Shown in pieces: positions 62,922 to 64,000 of a stretch of 64,000 nucleotides of DNA. The notes under the pieces were generated by a model. The model made no database searches. It was not told the origin of the DNA and worked only from the letters and a program-made list of their open reading frames with translations. Both the position numbers and the translations under genes were made by a program. Each line of letters begins with the position of its first letter. The stretch's first letter is position 1. The stretch is taken from the NCBI GenBank assembly GCA_050251055.1, contig JBFWNL010000001.1, forward strand, positions 395,825 through 459,824. Direction: 5' to 3'. This stretch comes from Bacteriovoracia bacterium (lineage in GTDB: Bacteria > Bdellovibrionota > UBA1018 > JBFWNL01).

Positions 62922-64000
62922 ATGCATTTTGAAGAAACCCCTCTCCAGCAGGAGATCCGCACCCTCACCGCCAAGTTCGCGCAAAACGAGCTCGCGCCCC
63001 ATATCGAGCAGGATGAGCACGACGAACGTTTTCGTCCGGAGCTCATCGCCCAGCTCGGCGAACTCGGGTTAACGGGCATCCCCACTCCGGAAGATTTCGG
63101 CGGGGCCGGCATGGGTTATCAGGAGTACGCGATCGCCATCGAGGAACTCGCGTCGGTCAGCGCGGCCTACGCCATCAGCGTGGCCGTCAGCGGTCTGCCG
63201 CAGATCATGCTCTCCCAGTACGGCAGCGACGCACAGAAAAAGCGGTACATCCCGGGTCTGGCGTCCGGAAAAAAAATCGGGGCGTTCAGCTTATCGGAAG
63301 CCTCTTCCGGCTCGGACGCGGGCAGCCTGCGAGCCACGGCCAAGGCCGAAGGCGGTCATTACGTGCTGAACGGGACCAAGCTGTGGTGCACGCAAGCCGA
63401 CTCAGCCGACGTGATTCTGCTCATGGCCCGCACCGGCACGAGCGGACCAGGCGGCGTCTCGGCGTTTATCGTCGAAAAAGGCATGCCGGGACTAAAATTC
63501 GGCAAGCGCGAGAAAAAAATGGGCGCGCATATCTCGCACACGATGGAACTTGTGCTCGAAAATCTAAAGGTGCCCGCCGAAAACCGCGTCGGAGCCGAAG
63601 GGGAAGGCTTTAAGATCGCGATGAAGGCGCTCGATGGGGGGCGCATCACCATCGCGGCCACGGCCACGGGCGTGGCTCGCTCCGCCCTGCGGCTGGCGGT
63701 CGACCACGCCAAGCAACGCGAACAGTTCGGCAAGCCCATCGCGGAGTTCCAGGGACTATCGTTTTTGCTCGCCGACATGGCGACCGAACTCGAAGCGGCG
63801 CAACTCCTGGTGAAGCAGGCGGCCTGGCTTAAGGATAACGGCAAACCTTTCTCCAAGCAGGCCAGCATGGCCAAGCTTTACGCCACCGATGCCGCCATGA
63901 AGATCACCACGGACGCCGTGCAGGTCCTCGGCGGCTCCGGCTACACCCAGGACTTCCCGGCCGAGCGCTACATGCGCGAGGCAAAAGTGCTTCAGATCGT
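62922..64000 (+). CDS. Acyl-CoA dehydrogenase, 3'-truncated (absent from the ORF track)
   Basis: MHFEETP...PEDFGGAG, FSLSEASSGSDA, YVLNGTKLW, GRITIAA, REQFGKPIAEFQ, QVLGGSGY. Confidence 0.93.
   Translation, partial: MHFEETPLQQEIRTLTAKFAQNELAPHIEQDEHDERFRPELIAQLGELGLTGIPTPEDFGGAGMGYQEYAIAIEELASVSAAYAISVAVSGLPQIMLSQYGSDAQKKRYIPGLASGKKIGAFSLSEASSGSDAGSLRATAKAEGGHYVLNGTKLWCTQADSADVILLMARTGTSGPGGVSAFIVEKGMPGLKFGKREKKMGAHISHTMELVLENLKVPAENRVGAEGEGFKIAMKALDGGRITIAATATGVARSALRLAVDHAKQREQFGKPIAEFQGLSFLLADMATELEAAQLLVKQAAWLKDNGKPFSKQASMAKLYATDAAMKITTDAVQVLGGSGYTQDFPAERYMREAKVLQI

Noticed and set aside
1-64000. tRNA, rRNA, IS, integrase or prophage genes
   Set aside because: None recognised by eye; tRNAscan-SE, Infernal and ISEScan would be needed to exclude them formally

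Overview
GC-rich bacterial chromosomal window, most likely from a Bdellovibrionota-type (predatory, formerly deltaproteobacterial) organism; this is inferred from gene content and style, not proven. About 52 genes. Housekeeping backbone: gltX; rimP-nusA-infB-rbfA-truB; hflX; class IV aminotransferase-suhB; kdsD; a DsbA-family gene; murF-sua5; uvrA; a SurA-like chaperone; mreC-mreD-mrdA-rodA followed by an HD-GYP gene; rlmN; a PhoD-family phosphatase; and truncated PBP and acyl-CoA dehydrogenase genes at the edges. Interspersed are many secreted or lipoprotein genes: M4, M19, aspartyl and caspase-like peptidases, esterases, a candidate secreted PD-(D/E)XK nuclease, a tandem pair of unknown lipoproteins, and an 1835-aa secreted protein with a central hydrophobic hairpin next to two secreted orphans. 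I saw no rRNA, tRNA, CRISPR array, integrase or transposase. Main candidates for new biology: (i) recurrent sigma70-like promoters ending 6-10 nt before the ATG, suggesting widespread (near-)leaderless mRNAs, including a divergent pair that shares one palindromic -35; (ii) sigma28-like promoters in front of secreted effector-like orphans; (iii) a complete sigma54 transcription unit for a small basic secreted orphan; (iv) several unusual domain fusions or pseudoenzymes. All calls were made by eye; no searches were run.
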